From Candidatus Kapaibacterium sp. (lineage in GTDB: Bacteria; Bacteroidota; Ignavibacteria; Kapaibacteriales; Kapaibacteriaceae): DNA of 64,000 bases. The notes beneath the pieces were generated by a model. The model made no database searches. It was given only the letters and a program-made list of their open reading frames with translations, and was not told the origin of the DNA. Location: assembly GCA_018882585.1 (NCBI GenBank), contig VFFB01000003.1:10359-74358 (forward strand). The letters run 5' to 3'. Positions 1-9,157 of the stretch are shown piece by piece. The number at the start of each line of letters is the position of its first letter. Position 1 is the stretch's first letter. The position numbers and the translations under genes are program-made.

Positions 1-59
1 TGTCACGTCCTTCAGTACCTGATGCGTCCGAAACGTTTTATGTAGTGCGTTGACTGTGA

Positions 60-1316
60 TCATGGCTGCATCGTTGAAGGTCGCATGAGTGGTTTGGAGT
101 CCACGAGTGTTTCGGGCGTCATTGTTGGGATGATGCGTTCCGTCAGATCAAGGATCGTGATGAATGCCGTGTGCATTAGGATGACGGCCGATGGCATCTG
201 TTCGACAAGCAAAGCGTACAGGCGTACGGGGTGATATGGCACGTCGCCATATCCATCACGGTCAAGGTCGTAGCCGTCGTATGCGCTCCAGTAGTTCTCA
301 CGGAACAGGTTGTTGGATTCGCGTGTGCCGGTCGTTACATCGAAGGTATTACCGTCGAATGCGTTGTTGGTTATTGTGTTCAGCTCGCATCCACCAAGGA
401 TGCGAAGGCCATAGCCATTGCGAACAAAGGTGTTGTTGTGCATAAGGATCCGACTCGCCTGCTCGCCATGAATGGCCACGCTGTTGTGCACAAATCGGTT
501 GCCGCGCAGATGGCCATCGGTGATGTCCTTGAGCAGCAGGCCGTACGATGTTGGCCCCCAGTTATGCTGGAAGTTGTTGTCGAACATTTCGATCCACTTT
601 GAATACATCACGGCAACGCCGGCACCATTGTACTCGAACGTATTCGTTTTGTACGAGCACGAGTCCGAAAACATGAAGTGCAGACCGTATCGGGCATTAC
701 GCCAGCTGTGGTTGCGCATGACCGTGCCATGCCGCATGAACTCAAAGTAGATGCCGTCCCGATGTCCCGAGACGCTGTTGTCACTCACCAGAATATCTCG
801 ACACGTCCACGCATGGATGCCATTACCGGAATTGGATTCATCGCGCTCGGTTCCAATGATCGTGTTACCTGTGACTCTACAGTTGCTGCTCTTGCTAAGG
901 TAGATCGCGAAGAAGCCATTTTCGATACGACAGTTTGTGATCGCAACGCGCTGACGCTGGATGACCTTGATGGCAGCGTTATCGTCGACGTAGCTGACGG
1001 CGACATTGCGGATCGTGAGGTTGCGTATGGCAACATCATCGGCGTTCACCAACAGGATCGAGCTTCCGGTGGAAGCGGCGTCGATGACTGCACCGGGCTG
1101 GCCTAGCAGTGTGATCGATGTGCGAATGTCAAACGTGTGGCCACGGTGCACTCCGGGCATCACACGAATTGTGTCGCCGTTGGCTGCCACCGAAAGCAGA
1201 TGGCGCAGTGTGTTTTCGCCGCCGGGATATGCCCGGTGCATTTTCGAAGAGGCGCTGTATGGGAGTAGCAGGCCAAGAGTCACAAGAGCGAGCGATATGT
1301 GCAGTGATGCATTCAA
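60..1316 (-). CDS. nosD: NosD, periplasmic right-handed beta-helix accessory protein for N2O reductase maturation
   Basis: 418 aa with a signal peptide and many parallel beta-helix repeats rich in N/G (NxxG...I..N), typical of NosD/CASH-domain proteins. It is co-oriented with nosZ/nosL in the same cluster. The start is a TTG in the ORF track, so the true start is uncertain. The stop of the upstream gene overlaps it by 4 nt. Confidence 0.8.
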   Translation of the reverse strand: MNASLHISLALVTLGLLLPYSASSKMHRAYPGGENTLRHLLSVAANGDTIRVMPGVHRGHTFDIRTSITLLGQPGAVIDAASTGSSILLVNADDVAIRNLTIRNVAVSYVDDNAAIKVIQRQRVAITNCRIENGFFAIYLSKSSNCRVTGNTIIGTERDESNSGNGIHAWTCRDILVSDNSVSGHRDGIYFEFMRHGTVMRNHSWRNARYGLHFMFSDSCSYKTNTFEYNGAGVAVMYSKWIEMFDNNFQHNWGPTSYGLLLKDITDGHLRGNRFVHNSVAIHGEQASRILMHNNTFVRNGYGLRILGGCELNTITNNAFDGNTFDVTTGTRESNNLFRENYWSAYDGYDLDRDGYGDVPYHPVRLYALLVEQMPSAVILMHTAFITILDLTERIIPTMTPETLVDSKPLMRPSTMQP

Positions 1317-3316
1317 AGGTCAATTCGCAGGCCGGCGTGCACGGCTCTGCCTGCAACTGGGATGTTGTTGATGCTGGTGTGCTCGTGGTAGAGCCTGTTG
1401 GTGAGGTTCGTCATGCCACACTGCAGGCGCATGTACCGCAGTACCTGCCATGCCACGAGGACATCGGCGCGCCACCATGACGGAGTGGTGTCTTCCGGCT
1501 GGATGACCTGCGATGCACGTGGCTGGCCAACCGCAGCCGTAAGTGTCATCTCTGCCTGCAGCGACTCTGTTCCCAACACATTCCGCCATGTCATGCTAAC
1601 CGGGGCTATGAACGGCAATGGGTCGCGATAGCGTTCGCTGACACCCCACGTAGCCCTGATGGCGCCCTGCGTGCTCCACCATGAGGCGACGGCTGCGGAG
1701 GAGCTCAGGTCAAAGCCGTAGAAGACCGCTCGACCGATGTTGGCCATGGAGCGTGCCGGCAGACCATTTTCGACAAACAGGTTGGGAGCAGGGTTGGGTG
1801 CGATGTAGTCATCGATCATGCGGACATAACCCGAGCCGGTGATGCGCAAGCCGTTAACGCGATATGTGAACCGTGCCGTGGCACTCAGCGCCGACTCGTT
1901 GCGCAGCCCCGGATTTCCATAGGTGACAATGCCCGATTGTGGATCAAAGACCATGAAGCCGTAGAGCTCAAGGTGCGTCGGCATCCGTTGCGCATAGCCT
2001 GCCGTCAACGAACAGGTCATGTCTTCGGCGACGTCGTACGTACCTCCGATCGTTGCCGATACCGTTCCTTTCGTTCCATCGAGCAATGCCCCGGGGTAGT
2101 AACCGGAAAGCATGCTCCTGAACGATGGGTCTTGAACGGATCGAGATGCAATATCGGCACGCGCTGTTGCCTGCAACGAAAGGTCGCAGTTGACGGCAAC
2201 GTCGTAGGAGCCGGTAAGACCTATCTGCTGAACGCGCACGTCGCCTATGTTCGTCATCTGCATGATAGCCACCGACGTGTCGAACGGAACCATATCCATC
2301 GTTGCGTTCGCAGCCATGCTCGTGGCATCCACGGTCAGCGTTGTTACCGACGTTGATGATGTGATCGTGGACTCAAAGAGTGCCCCAATGACGCTGGTTG
2401 TGCCGTACATGGGCATGTACATGCTTGGCATGAAGGAACGTGAAGCGATCTCGGAGGTTGGACGTTGGTAATCGTCCATCACATGGTTTACGCTGTTCGC
2501 ATACAGTTTCAGCGAGGTGTTGGTGTTTTGTGACCACCGTTCACGCCATGTGACCGAGCCGATCAAGGCATCTGCCCGACGCGTATCCATTAGCAGTGAC
2601 GGATAGCCAACATCGTGGGCATGGTCAGCGATGACGCTTGCCACGAGCTCGCCGCCCTCTCGCAATCGCCATCCTGCCGATACATGCAGGTTCTGCTTTG
2701 CATACCCGCTGAGAGGCAGTTCGACTCCATTGGCCGCAACCATGTTGTCCACCGAGCGCTGCGTATATCCAGCACGGATTGCAACGTCGTCGGAACCCAC
2801 ACCCACATCGACTCGCACTCTGCGTGCAAACGCATTCGACGCCATCGAAAGATCAAGGGTGCTGTGAAGGGGCGAGGCATACCGAGGTTGCTGCGTAAGG
2901 AAGTTGAGCGATCCACCGAGTTGTTGTCCATATCGCAAGTCGGACCCGACAGTATTCACGTGCATCGTTGCAACATTGTCGACCTCGACGTATGCCGTTG
3001 CCGGGTCCATCTTGTCGACACATGCCGCGTGAATCTTCATGCCGTCGATCGTCGTCGAAACCTGGCCGCCGCGAAGGCCCATCATCGTGACTTCGCCAGC
3101 GAAACCATTCGCGCGCTGCACCAGGGAAAGACCGATGAAGCGCATCAGATCATCGATCGAAGCTGTTGTCGAGATCGACCGATCCTGCCGCCAAGGCTGC
3201 GTGAGCGGGTCGGCATGTACGACAACATCGGACGCACGATACGTATGGATGCTGTCCTGAGCCGTCGCGCCTGCAACGCCGAACATCAGAATCGCAACGA
3301 TGACGGCCACATGCAT
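1313..3316 (-). CDS. TonB-dependent outer-membrane receptor (candidate NosA/OprC-like copper importer)
   Basis: 667 aa with a signal peptide (AGATAQD), a TonB-box-like DVVVHAD, a plug region, and a long C-terminus rich in beta-strands ending GRAVHAGLRIDL. It is embedded between nosL and nosD. Confidence 0.75.
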   Translation of the reverse strand: MHVAVIVAILMFGVAGATAQDSIHTYRASDVVVHADPLTQPWRQDRSISTTASIDDLMRFIGLSLVQRANGFAGEVTMMGLRGGQVSTTIDGMKIHAACVDKMDPATAYVEVDNVATMHVNTVGSDLRYGQQLGGSLNFLTQQPRYASPLHSTLDLSMASNAFARRVRVDVGVGSDDVAIRAGYTQRSVDNMVAANGVELPLSGYAKQNLHVSAGWRLREGGELVASVIADHAHDVGYPSLLMDTRRADALIGSVTWRERWSQNTNTSLKLYANSVNHVMDDYQRPTSEIASRSFMPSMYMPMYGTTSVIGALFESTITSSTSVTTLTVDATSMAANATMDMVPFDTSVAIMQMTNIGDVRVQQIGLTGSYDVAVNCDLSLQATARADIASRSVQDPSFRSMLSGYYPGALLDGTKGTVSATIGGTYDVAEDMTCSLTAGYAQRMPTHLELYGFMVFDPQSGIVTYGNPGLRNESALSATARFTYRVNGLRITGSGYVRMIDDYIAPNPAPNLFVENGLPARSMANIGRAVFYGFDLSSSAAVASWWSTQGAIRATWGVSERYRDPLPFIAPVSMTWRNVLGTESLQAEMTLTAAVGQPRASQVIQPEDTTPSWWRADVLVAWQVLRYMRLQCGMTNLTNRLYHEHTSINNIPVAGRAVHAGLRIDL

Positions 3317-3318
3317 GC

Positions 3319-4104
3319 TTACTTCACACTCACTGGATACGAAACACTGAACTGCTGTCCACCGGGAACATCAACCGTTGCATCAATCTGCCAGTCGCCG
3401 GTCATCGTATAATTCACCTGGCCCGAGTACCAGCCATTGCTGCGCGAGACGGGTTGCACATTGCCATGACTGCCATGACCCATGGATGGCATGGAAGGAT
3501 TGAACGATACTGTGGCATCGTTGACGGGAATGAAGTCAAAACCGTCCATCGTCTTGTACAGGCCGAACTTGATATCATTCAGTCCCACCTTTTCTGTTGG
3601 ACATTGCAGGGCAATGACATACTTCATGCCCGAGGCATCCATGCCTGTCCGGACGCGCTCGGCAGCGCCCACAGGCACCACAACGGTCACCTCACCAGAC
3701 GAGTCGTGGTCGTTGTCGTGGAATTTGATCGTGATGGTCCATGCCGTTGTGGACGGCATGGTAAACAGTGCAGCTGTATGGTAGTATCCCTGTTGGTCGG
3801 GACTTGTACCAACCGGTTGATCAACGGGACAGGCGTGATGGTGCATTCCCATGTCCATATCAGAGATGATGGTCACGGTTGCATTCGTTACCACAGATCC
3901 ACTGTGCTTGAGACGCACATACAGGGGCGTGTATCCTACGGTGATCAGCCCTTCTGCAAGAAGGTCAACGGTGTATCCCTGAGTATCCGAAGACGCGATA
4001 AGCGATAATGTTGGCCCATCTACATTCGGAGCTGGTTCCGTGACCTGCGTACAGGCCACCAATCCCATGGCGATCACAATGGCAATAACTAGATGTCGGT
4101 ACAT
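3319..4104 (-). CDS. Met/His-rich lipoprotein, putative Cu(I)-binding periplasmic protein
   Basis: 261 aa with a lipobox (LVAC). It carries the motifs MDMGMHHHACP and MPSMGHGSHGN, which resemble Met/His Cu(I) sites of CopC/CusF/PcoC-type proteins. It sits 2 nt upstream of the TonB receptor inside the nos cluster. Confidence 0.55.
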   Translation of the reverse strand: MYRHLVIAIVIAMGLVACTQVTEPAPNVDGPTLSLIASSDTQGYTVDLLAEGLITVGYTPLYVRLKHSGSVVTNATVTIISDMDMGMHHHACPVDQPVGTSPDQQGYYHTAALFTMPSTTAWTITIKFHDNDHDSSGEVTVVVPVGAAERVRTGMDASGMKYVIALQCPTEKVGLNDIKFGLYKTMDGFDFIPVNDATVSFNPSMPSMGHGSHGNVQPVSRSNGWYSGQVNYTMTGDWQIDATVDVPGGQQFSVSYPVSVK

Positions 4105-4195
4105 GGCGTTATCTGGGTAGTTATGGTGTGTAGAAATCTTGGTCGCCGGCTAACCGGTGCAACGGAAAGAAACGCGGACCAGTCTGCTGCGAGTG

Positions 4196-4642
4196 CTATT
4201 CCATCACCAACTTCACGACGTCGTCATAGCGGTGAATCGTACCGACGTAGTTGATGCGAGCACGTTCGGCATCGTGTTGTGTCGTGAACGCTGCTGCGTT
4301 CAACCCCATCGGAGAGCGTATCATGTCACTTTGGAGATACCAAGCCGAGCGTGCATCAATGAGCGTTCCCGGATTGACAAAATCTGTCACCCACAGCGAA
4401 TGAACATCGTTGCTGTTGATCGCCTTGGACTCAACGAAGTCGATCATGCACTCAGGCGAATCGAACACGTAGGTCTTCCCTGTAGACATCACTGCTTCAG
4501 CGCCAAACTTCGAGTCTGAAACGCCCATCTTGCATGCTGCGCATTGATCCTTGCCATAGCTGATCGCCTTAGGCTCCGGAGCACTGCAACCAAAGGCGCC
4601 CACGATCATAAGCAGCGCGACGAAGATTTGATGACGGCTCAT
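4196..4642 (-). CDS. nosL: NosL copper chaperone lipoprotein
   Basis: About 148 aa from the ATG at 4642, with a lipobox (GCSAPE) and size/composition typical of the NosL family. Its start overlaps the nosB stop as ATGA. Confidence 0.7.
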   Translation of the reverse strand: MSRHQIFVALLMIVGAFGCSAPEPKAISYGKDQCAACKMGVSDSKFGAEAVMSTGKTYVFDSPECMIDFVESKAINSNDVHSLWVTDFVNPGTLIDARSAWYLQSDMIRSPMGLNAAAFTTQHDAERARINYVGTIHRYDDVVKLVME

Positions 4643-5241
4643 GGAGACTGCCTTTCGGTAGCATTCACAGTTGCACGGGCGCTCCACCAAACGAATGCGC
4701 CCAGAGCAAATGCAAGGACGATGAAGCCAAAGCCGATTGACGGATATGAATGGGCTGTGAAGTTCAACAACTGCTTCGAGCCTATAAGGGGCGGCTGATA
4801 CGACATGCCGTCAATCTTAATGATGGCATGCGGGTCAAGGTTGTGACCGTAGTCATACTCCCATTGATAGAAGTCGATCATGCCAACCGTTCCTGCAGCT
4901 ACCAGAAGCATAAGCCAGACGACGATCACCCACCGCCTCCCGAGGGCCGCGGCCAGAAGGCCGAGACCCACGAGAGCGATGACAACCATCGGCATGTACT
5001 GCAGTTCCGGGATCGCATCGGGTTCGATCCGTTTCATGCCGATGTAGTGATTCAGATTGTTGATGTTGTCAAGGTCATTCGGACGAGAACCTTCGACCTT
5101 GTCAACATGAACGAAGATTCCCAGCTCACTCCCTTTCGGGTACTGCGGCGCCTCGAGCCAAATCGACCACATGGGGAATGCGAACAGTCCGAGCAGCGCC
5201 AGGGCAGCAGTTGCCATCAGCATCCGATGAAGAGCTTTCAT
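4639..5241 (-). CDS. nosB: NosB-like integral membrane protein of clade II nos clusters
   Basis: 200 aa with about 4 TM helices, located immediately downstream of nosZ, which is where nosB sits in atypical (clade II) clusters. Confidence 0.6.
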   Translation of the reverse strand: MKALHRMLMATAALALLGLFAFPMWSIWLEAPQYPKGSELGIFVHVDKVEGSRPNDLDNINNLNHYIGMKRIEPDAIPELQYMPMVVIALVGLGLLAAALGRRWVIVVWLMLLVAAGTVGMIDFYQWEYDYGHNLDPHAIIKIDGMSYQPPLIGSKQLLNFTAHSYPSIGFGFIVLAFALGAFVWWSARATVNATERQSP

Positions 5242-5250
5242 GATTGTTCC

Positions 5251-7200
5251 TTACCTCTTGTTCCACGTGAGCTGACCACTGCCGCCGTTGGAAACCCGGA
5301 CATAGCCTTGCATCTCCTGGTGGAGGGCTGAGCAGAAGTCAGAGCAATAGAAGGGATACACGCCAGCCTTCTTCGGCTCCCACACGATGGTACACGTTTC
5401 ACCCGGCATGATGAGCGCCTCGGAATTGTTTGCACCGATCACGGCGAAACCGTGAGGCACGTCCCAATCCTGCTCTAGGTTCGTCACGTGCCAGTACACC
5501 TTATCCCCCACCTTAACACCTTCGATGTTGTCCGGCGCGAAGTGTGAACGGATTGATGTCATGTACACGTGAACTTCGTTCCCCTTACGCTCGACCCGTG
5601 TGTCTGCCTCCTTATGTGTTGCGTACGGATGCTTGTTCTCCGTGATCTGATACATCTTCTTCGAGTTCTTCATGATCATGTCCGCCGGACATGCCACAGC
5701 GTAGTGTGGTTCGCCGATTGTCGGGAAGTCAAGAAGGAGCTTCATCTTGTCGCCCGAGATGTCGAAGAGTTGTGCCGACTGCGTCAGCTCCGGTCCAGTC
5801 GGGAGGTAGCGGTCCTTCGTGATCTTGTTATAAGCGATCACGTACTTGCCCCATGGCTTCGTCGAATTACCTCCGGGGATGCACAGGTGGCCGATCGAGT
5901 AATACGTCGGCACGCGGTCCACAACCTTGAAATCCTTTAGTGACCATTTCACGATCTCGGACGACACAAAGAAGGATGTGTAGGCAAATCCCTTTCCGTC
6001 GAATTCGGTGTGAAGCGGTCCAAGGCCCGGACGCTGCACTTCGCCAGCCAGACACTCCTTGTAGTTCAGAACCGGAATACCGGCGATCATTTTATCGACC
6101 TTACCACCTTCGATCGCCTTCAGCATCTTCGAGAACGACATCACAGGAATCACCGTGGCAAGCTTGCCGCCGCCAACGATGAGTTCACCGGAGGGATCGA
6201 CGTCGCAGCCGTGTGGCGACTTCGGTGTCGGCATGTAGAACAGTGCGCCCTTGATGTCATCGGCCGTAAGTACGCGCACCTGCTTCTTCATCGTATGCGA
6301 TGCGGAATGTGTTTCGTCGTTGTACACATTGTGTGCATAGTCCACGTTCATCATGCTGCCCTTACCCGCCGCAGCTAGCTCAGCGCACTTCTTCCAGTTG
6401 ATGGCAACGATGAAATCCTTGTCGTTCTGCGAGGCATTGATCTCCTTCATCGTGTTTGCCTGCTCGGAGTTGTAGCAGGACATGAACATCCAGTCCTTCG
6501 ACGGACCTTTACCTGCGCGTGCCAAGTCGTAATCGAAGCCAGGCACAAGCAGCTGGAAGTCAAGATTCATGTTGCCGCTCTTGGGGTCGACCTTCACGAA
6601 TGACAATGCCCCCTTGAATTTCTCTGAATACTGCTGGATGGAGACATCCTCCTGCGGAATCGGTACGGAGAAGCGTGTTCCTGCGACAACGTATTCCGAG
6701 TTTTCGGTCGAGAACGGCGATGAGTGGTTACCTGCGGCGTTCGGGATCTCGATGATCTCCTTCGTGCGGAAATCTGTAAGGTCAATACGGGCGATGCGTG
6801 GCGTGTTGTTACCGTTGATGAAGACCCATTTGCCGTCGGCTACACCGCCTGTCTGCGACATATCTGGGTGGTGTGCATCGTCCCACGGTACGAAGCCGTG
6901 CGATGTCATCAGCATCGGTTTTGTTTCTTCGGTGTATCCCCAACCCTTTTCGGGATCAACGGAGAAGACAGGTATCACGCGGAACAAACGACCGCTGGGC
7001 AAACCGTAAACGGCGAGCTGACCGCTGAAGCCGCCTGATACGAAGTTGTAGAATTCGTCCTTCTCGCCGGGAGCTACATAGACACGGGATGCCGCATCTC
7101 CGCTGAGAGCGCCGCCTCCAGCCTCGTTGTTTCCGGAACAAGACATGATCAATGCAGAAACTGCAAGGACCATGAGCCGAAGTAGTGTTTGCGTCGACAT
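5251..7200 (-). CDS. nosZ: Nitrous-oxide reductase NosZ, clade II (Sec-dependent)
   Basis: 649 aa. The C-terminal cupredoxin CuA motif is HGFAV...CSDFCSALHQEMQGY (H-C-C-H-M). It has an N-terminal beta-propeller with DDAHHP. The signal peptide MSTQTLLRLMVLAVSALIMSCSG has no twin-arginine motif and a lipobox-like end, which fits clade II. Confidence 0.95.
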   Translation of the reverse strand: MSTQTLLRLMVLAVSALIMSCSGNNEAGGGALSGDAASRVYVAPGEKDEFYNFVSGGFSGQLAVYGLPSGRLFRVIPVFSVDPEKGWGYTEETKPMLMTSHGFVPWDDAHHPDMSQTGGVADGKWVFINGNNTPRIARIDLTDFRTKEIIEIPNAAGNHSSPFSTENSEYVVAGTRFSVPIPQEDVSIQQYSEKFKGALSFVKVDPKSGNMNLDFQLLVPGFDYDLARAGKGPSKDWMFMSCYNSEQANTMKEINASQNDKDFIVAINWKKCAELAAAGKGSMMNVDYAHNVYNDETHSASHTMKKQVRVLTADDIKGALFYMPTPKSPHGCDVDPSGELIVGGGKLATVIPVMSFSKMLKAIEGGKVDKMIAGIPVLNYKECLAGEVQRPGLGPLHTEFDGKGFAYTSFFVSSEIVKWSLKDFKVVDRVPTYYSIGHLCIPGGNSTKPWGKYVIAYNKITKDRYLPTGPELTQSAQLFDISGDKMKLLLDFPTIGEPHYAVACPADMIMKNSKKMYQITENKHPYATHKEADTRVERKGNEVHVYMTSIRSHFAPDNIEGVKVGDKVYWHVTNLEQDWDVPHGFAVIGANNSEALIMPGETCTIVWEPKKAGVYPFYCSDFCSALHQEMQGYVRVSNGGSGQLTWNKR

Positions 7201-7236
7201 GTGGTTACTCCACGTTAGTTGAAGTTGGTGTTCTTG

Positions 7237-7680
7237 TTACTGCGCGCTTTTTGCGTGATCGCGCAAGTGTTCCAGTACGTTCCGAGCGTCCTTTTCATCG
7301 ACACTCTGATTCGGCATCTTCATCAGGAATTCCTGCATCAAGCACTTGACCGTATCGTCGTTTTCGATCATTGTCTCGGTGTCGAGAATCATGTTCATGA
7401 CGTACTCGGGTGTTCTGCGCTGCGTAACCTTGCCAAGGGCTGGTCCAACGTAGCGTTCATCGTATTTGTGACAGGCATTGCATTTCATGTCAAAGATCTC
7501 CTTGCCCGCCTTGGACATCGTGCCGTCTATTCCTTCGCCAATGTCGACATGCTGGATCTTGCCGTAGGTCTTCTTCGGCTGTTGAGCTTCCATGAACGAT
7601 TTGTTCTCTGCCGACTCTCCGTTGTTACCACTACAGGCAACAAGCCAGAGAGCTGTAAACAGGAGCATGAAGTACTTCAT
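7237..7680 (-). CDS. c-type cytochrome (cy-c) of nos cluster, lipoprotein
   Basis: From the internal ATG MKYFMLLFTALWLVACSG (lipobox), with a single CNACH heme-binding site. It is positioned directly upstream of nosZ, as in clade II clusters. The ORF-track 5' extension lacks a signal peptide and is unlikely. Confidence 0.8.
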   Translation of the reverse strand: MKYFMLLFTALWLVACSGNNGESAENKSFMEAQQPKKTYGKIQHVDIGEGIDGTMSKAGKEIFDMKCNACHKYDERYVGPALGKVTQRRTPEYVMNMILDTETMIENDDTVKCLMQEFLMKMPNQSVDEKDARNVLEHLRDHAKSAQ

Positions 7681-7697
7681 GATTGTCTCCAAGTGAG

Positions 7698-8390
7698 TTA
7701 GTAGGTGATGAGTGTGTCGAGGTTGTTCTGCGTCAGACGAGGAAACAGTATCGAGTTCTCCAGGAACACGTGCTGCATGGTGTCGGTATAGAATTGTTGC
7801 ATGCCAAGGTAGGCTGCCCGGTGCGTCGTACATGCCGAGGCAGGAGGCACAAAGTCGTTTGTGATCGCACGTAGACGTTGCAGCTTCATACCCACCTCAT
7901 CGTGTTCGGATTCATGTCTACGGATGTTCGCAACCGTGTCATTTGTTAACACTGGCATAGTGCCAGCAACAAGGACCTCGGCTTCTTCCTTGTCCATGTG
8001 AATGATCATTGATTGCCGGAGATCCTGAAGCAATTCCAGAATGGATTGAGCTTCGGCAAAACGCTCGCCATGCTTGCTGACCACTTTTGACATTTGCTCG
8101 ATCACTCTATTCAGAGCTACGCGAGCAAAGGCGTGGTGATTCTCGATCAGGAACTTGATCAGAAACTCCGTTGACCATTCTTCCGGGTGGATACTCCGGA
8201 ACACATCTGTCGAATCGGCTGCGTTGATCTCGCCCAGGACTTTCTGCGCATCCAGCGAGCGTTCACGGCATGCTACATCCAGCGGCCGATTACCTCCACA
8301 GCAGAAATCAAGGTTGTATCGATGGAATACGTTTGCTGCTGCCGGAACTTCCCGAAGGATGTTGCTGATAGTTGTCGATGCGTTGTACAT
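7698..8390 (-). CDS. Repair-of-iron-centres di-iron protein (RIC/YtfE/ScdA family)
   Basis: The N-terminal ScdA_N motif is NLDFCCGGNRPL, about 25 aa from the ATG at 8390. The C-terminal part is hemerythrin-like (H...E...H motifs, ENHHAF, HMDKEE). Confidence 0.8.
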   Translation of the reverse strand: MYNASTTISNILREVPAAANVFHRYNLDFCCGGNRPLDVACRERSLDAQKVLGEINAADSTDVFRSIHPEEWSTEFLIKFLIENHHAFARVALNRVIEQMSKVVSKHGERFAEAQSILELLQDLRQSMIIHMDKEEAEVLVAGTMPVLTNDTVANIRRHESEHDEVGMKLQRLRAITNDFVPPASACTTHRAAYLGMQQFYTDTMQHVFLENSILFPRLTQNNLDTLITY

Positions 8391-8433
8391 AGTGATAAGG
8401 GAGTCGCGTATCACCAATCGCAAACAAAAAAAT

Positions 8434-8886
8434 TCACGCGATGCGCGAGCCTTTTATCTGAATGCGCGTGGCAATGTCCGCTAATGTCGTTGAAGAAAAC
8501 ATGAGTTTAAGTCTGTTGCGCTCGGTTGACCAAGCGGTATGCATTGGACAGGGTTTTTCCTCTCCGCAGCCTGGTAATCCTAGAAGACACTCCTTAAAAA
8601 TGTCGTCACCGTCAATCGCCGCCATGATATCAAGAAGCGCGATCTGCCGTGGGTCCTTCGCAAGGGCAACACCTCCACGAGCACTGCGCTGCGAAGCGAT
8701 GATTCCCTGTTGTGCCAGCTCTGCCATCACTTTTTTAAGAAAGTGAAACGGTATCGACAGTGCCGTAGCGATCTCTGAGATCGGCCTGTACAGATCGCCA
8801 TTCGCATGCACAGCCAAGTATGCACATGCTTGAATGGCATACCGTGTTGACTTGGTAAGGAGGGCTGAGTGATGCGAGCGGGTCAT
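8434..8886 (-). CDS. Rrf2-family transcriptional regulator (NsrR/IscR-like, 3-Cys Fe-S)
   Basis: N-terminal wHTH (LTKSTRYAIQACAYLA). There is a C-x6-C-x5-C cluster (KECLLGLPGCGEEKPC) like Fe-S Rrf2 sensors. It is the first gene of the nos/RIC operon. Confidence 0.85.
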   Translation of the reverse strand: MTRSHHSALLTKSTRYAIQACAYLAVHANGDLYRPISEIATALSIPFHFLKKVMAELAQQGIIASQRSARGGVALAKDPRQIALLDIMAAIDGDDIFKECLLGLPGCGEEKPCPMHTAWSTERNRLKLMFSSTTLADIATRIQIKGSRIA

Positions 8887-9157
8887 AACGATTAGGGATA
8901 GGAGAGTCTTGTATCACGAATATAGCACCGGAATACATTCTGAACAAGTAGTAGGCGTCCGATCGCGTCATGCAATGCATCGGCACGACGAACACGGCTT
9001 TTGTTTGGCATAAGCACTCATGACGGCAGCTCGGGTATATACGGGCCTATAGCTACCCATGAGCAAGCGCCCGCAGGTACAAGGTACTGCGAGCGCTTTG
9101 CTTTTCTCAGAGGGTCATTCTCGACACAGGGGCGCAGCCGTACACTGCCGATCTCAA

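Noticed and set aside
7681-7833. 5' extension of the cytochrome c ORF (198-aa version)
   Set aside because: The extension would remove the signal peptide/lipobox from the N-terminus and overlap the RIC gene. The internal ATG yields a canonical lipoprotein cytochrome c.
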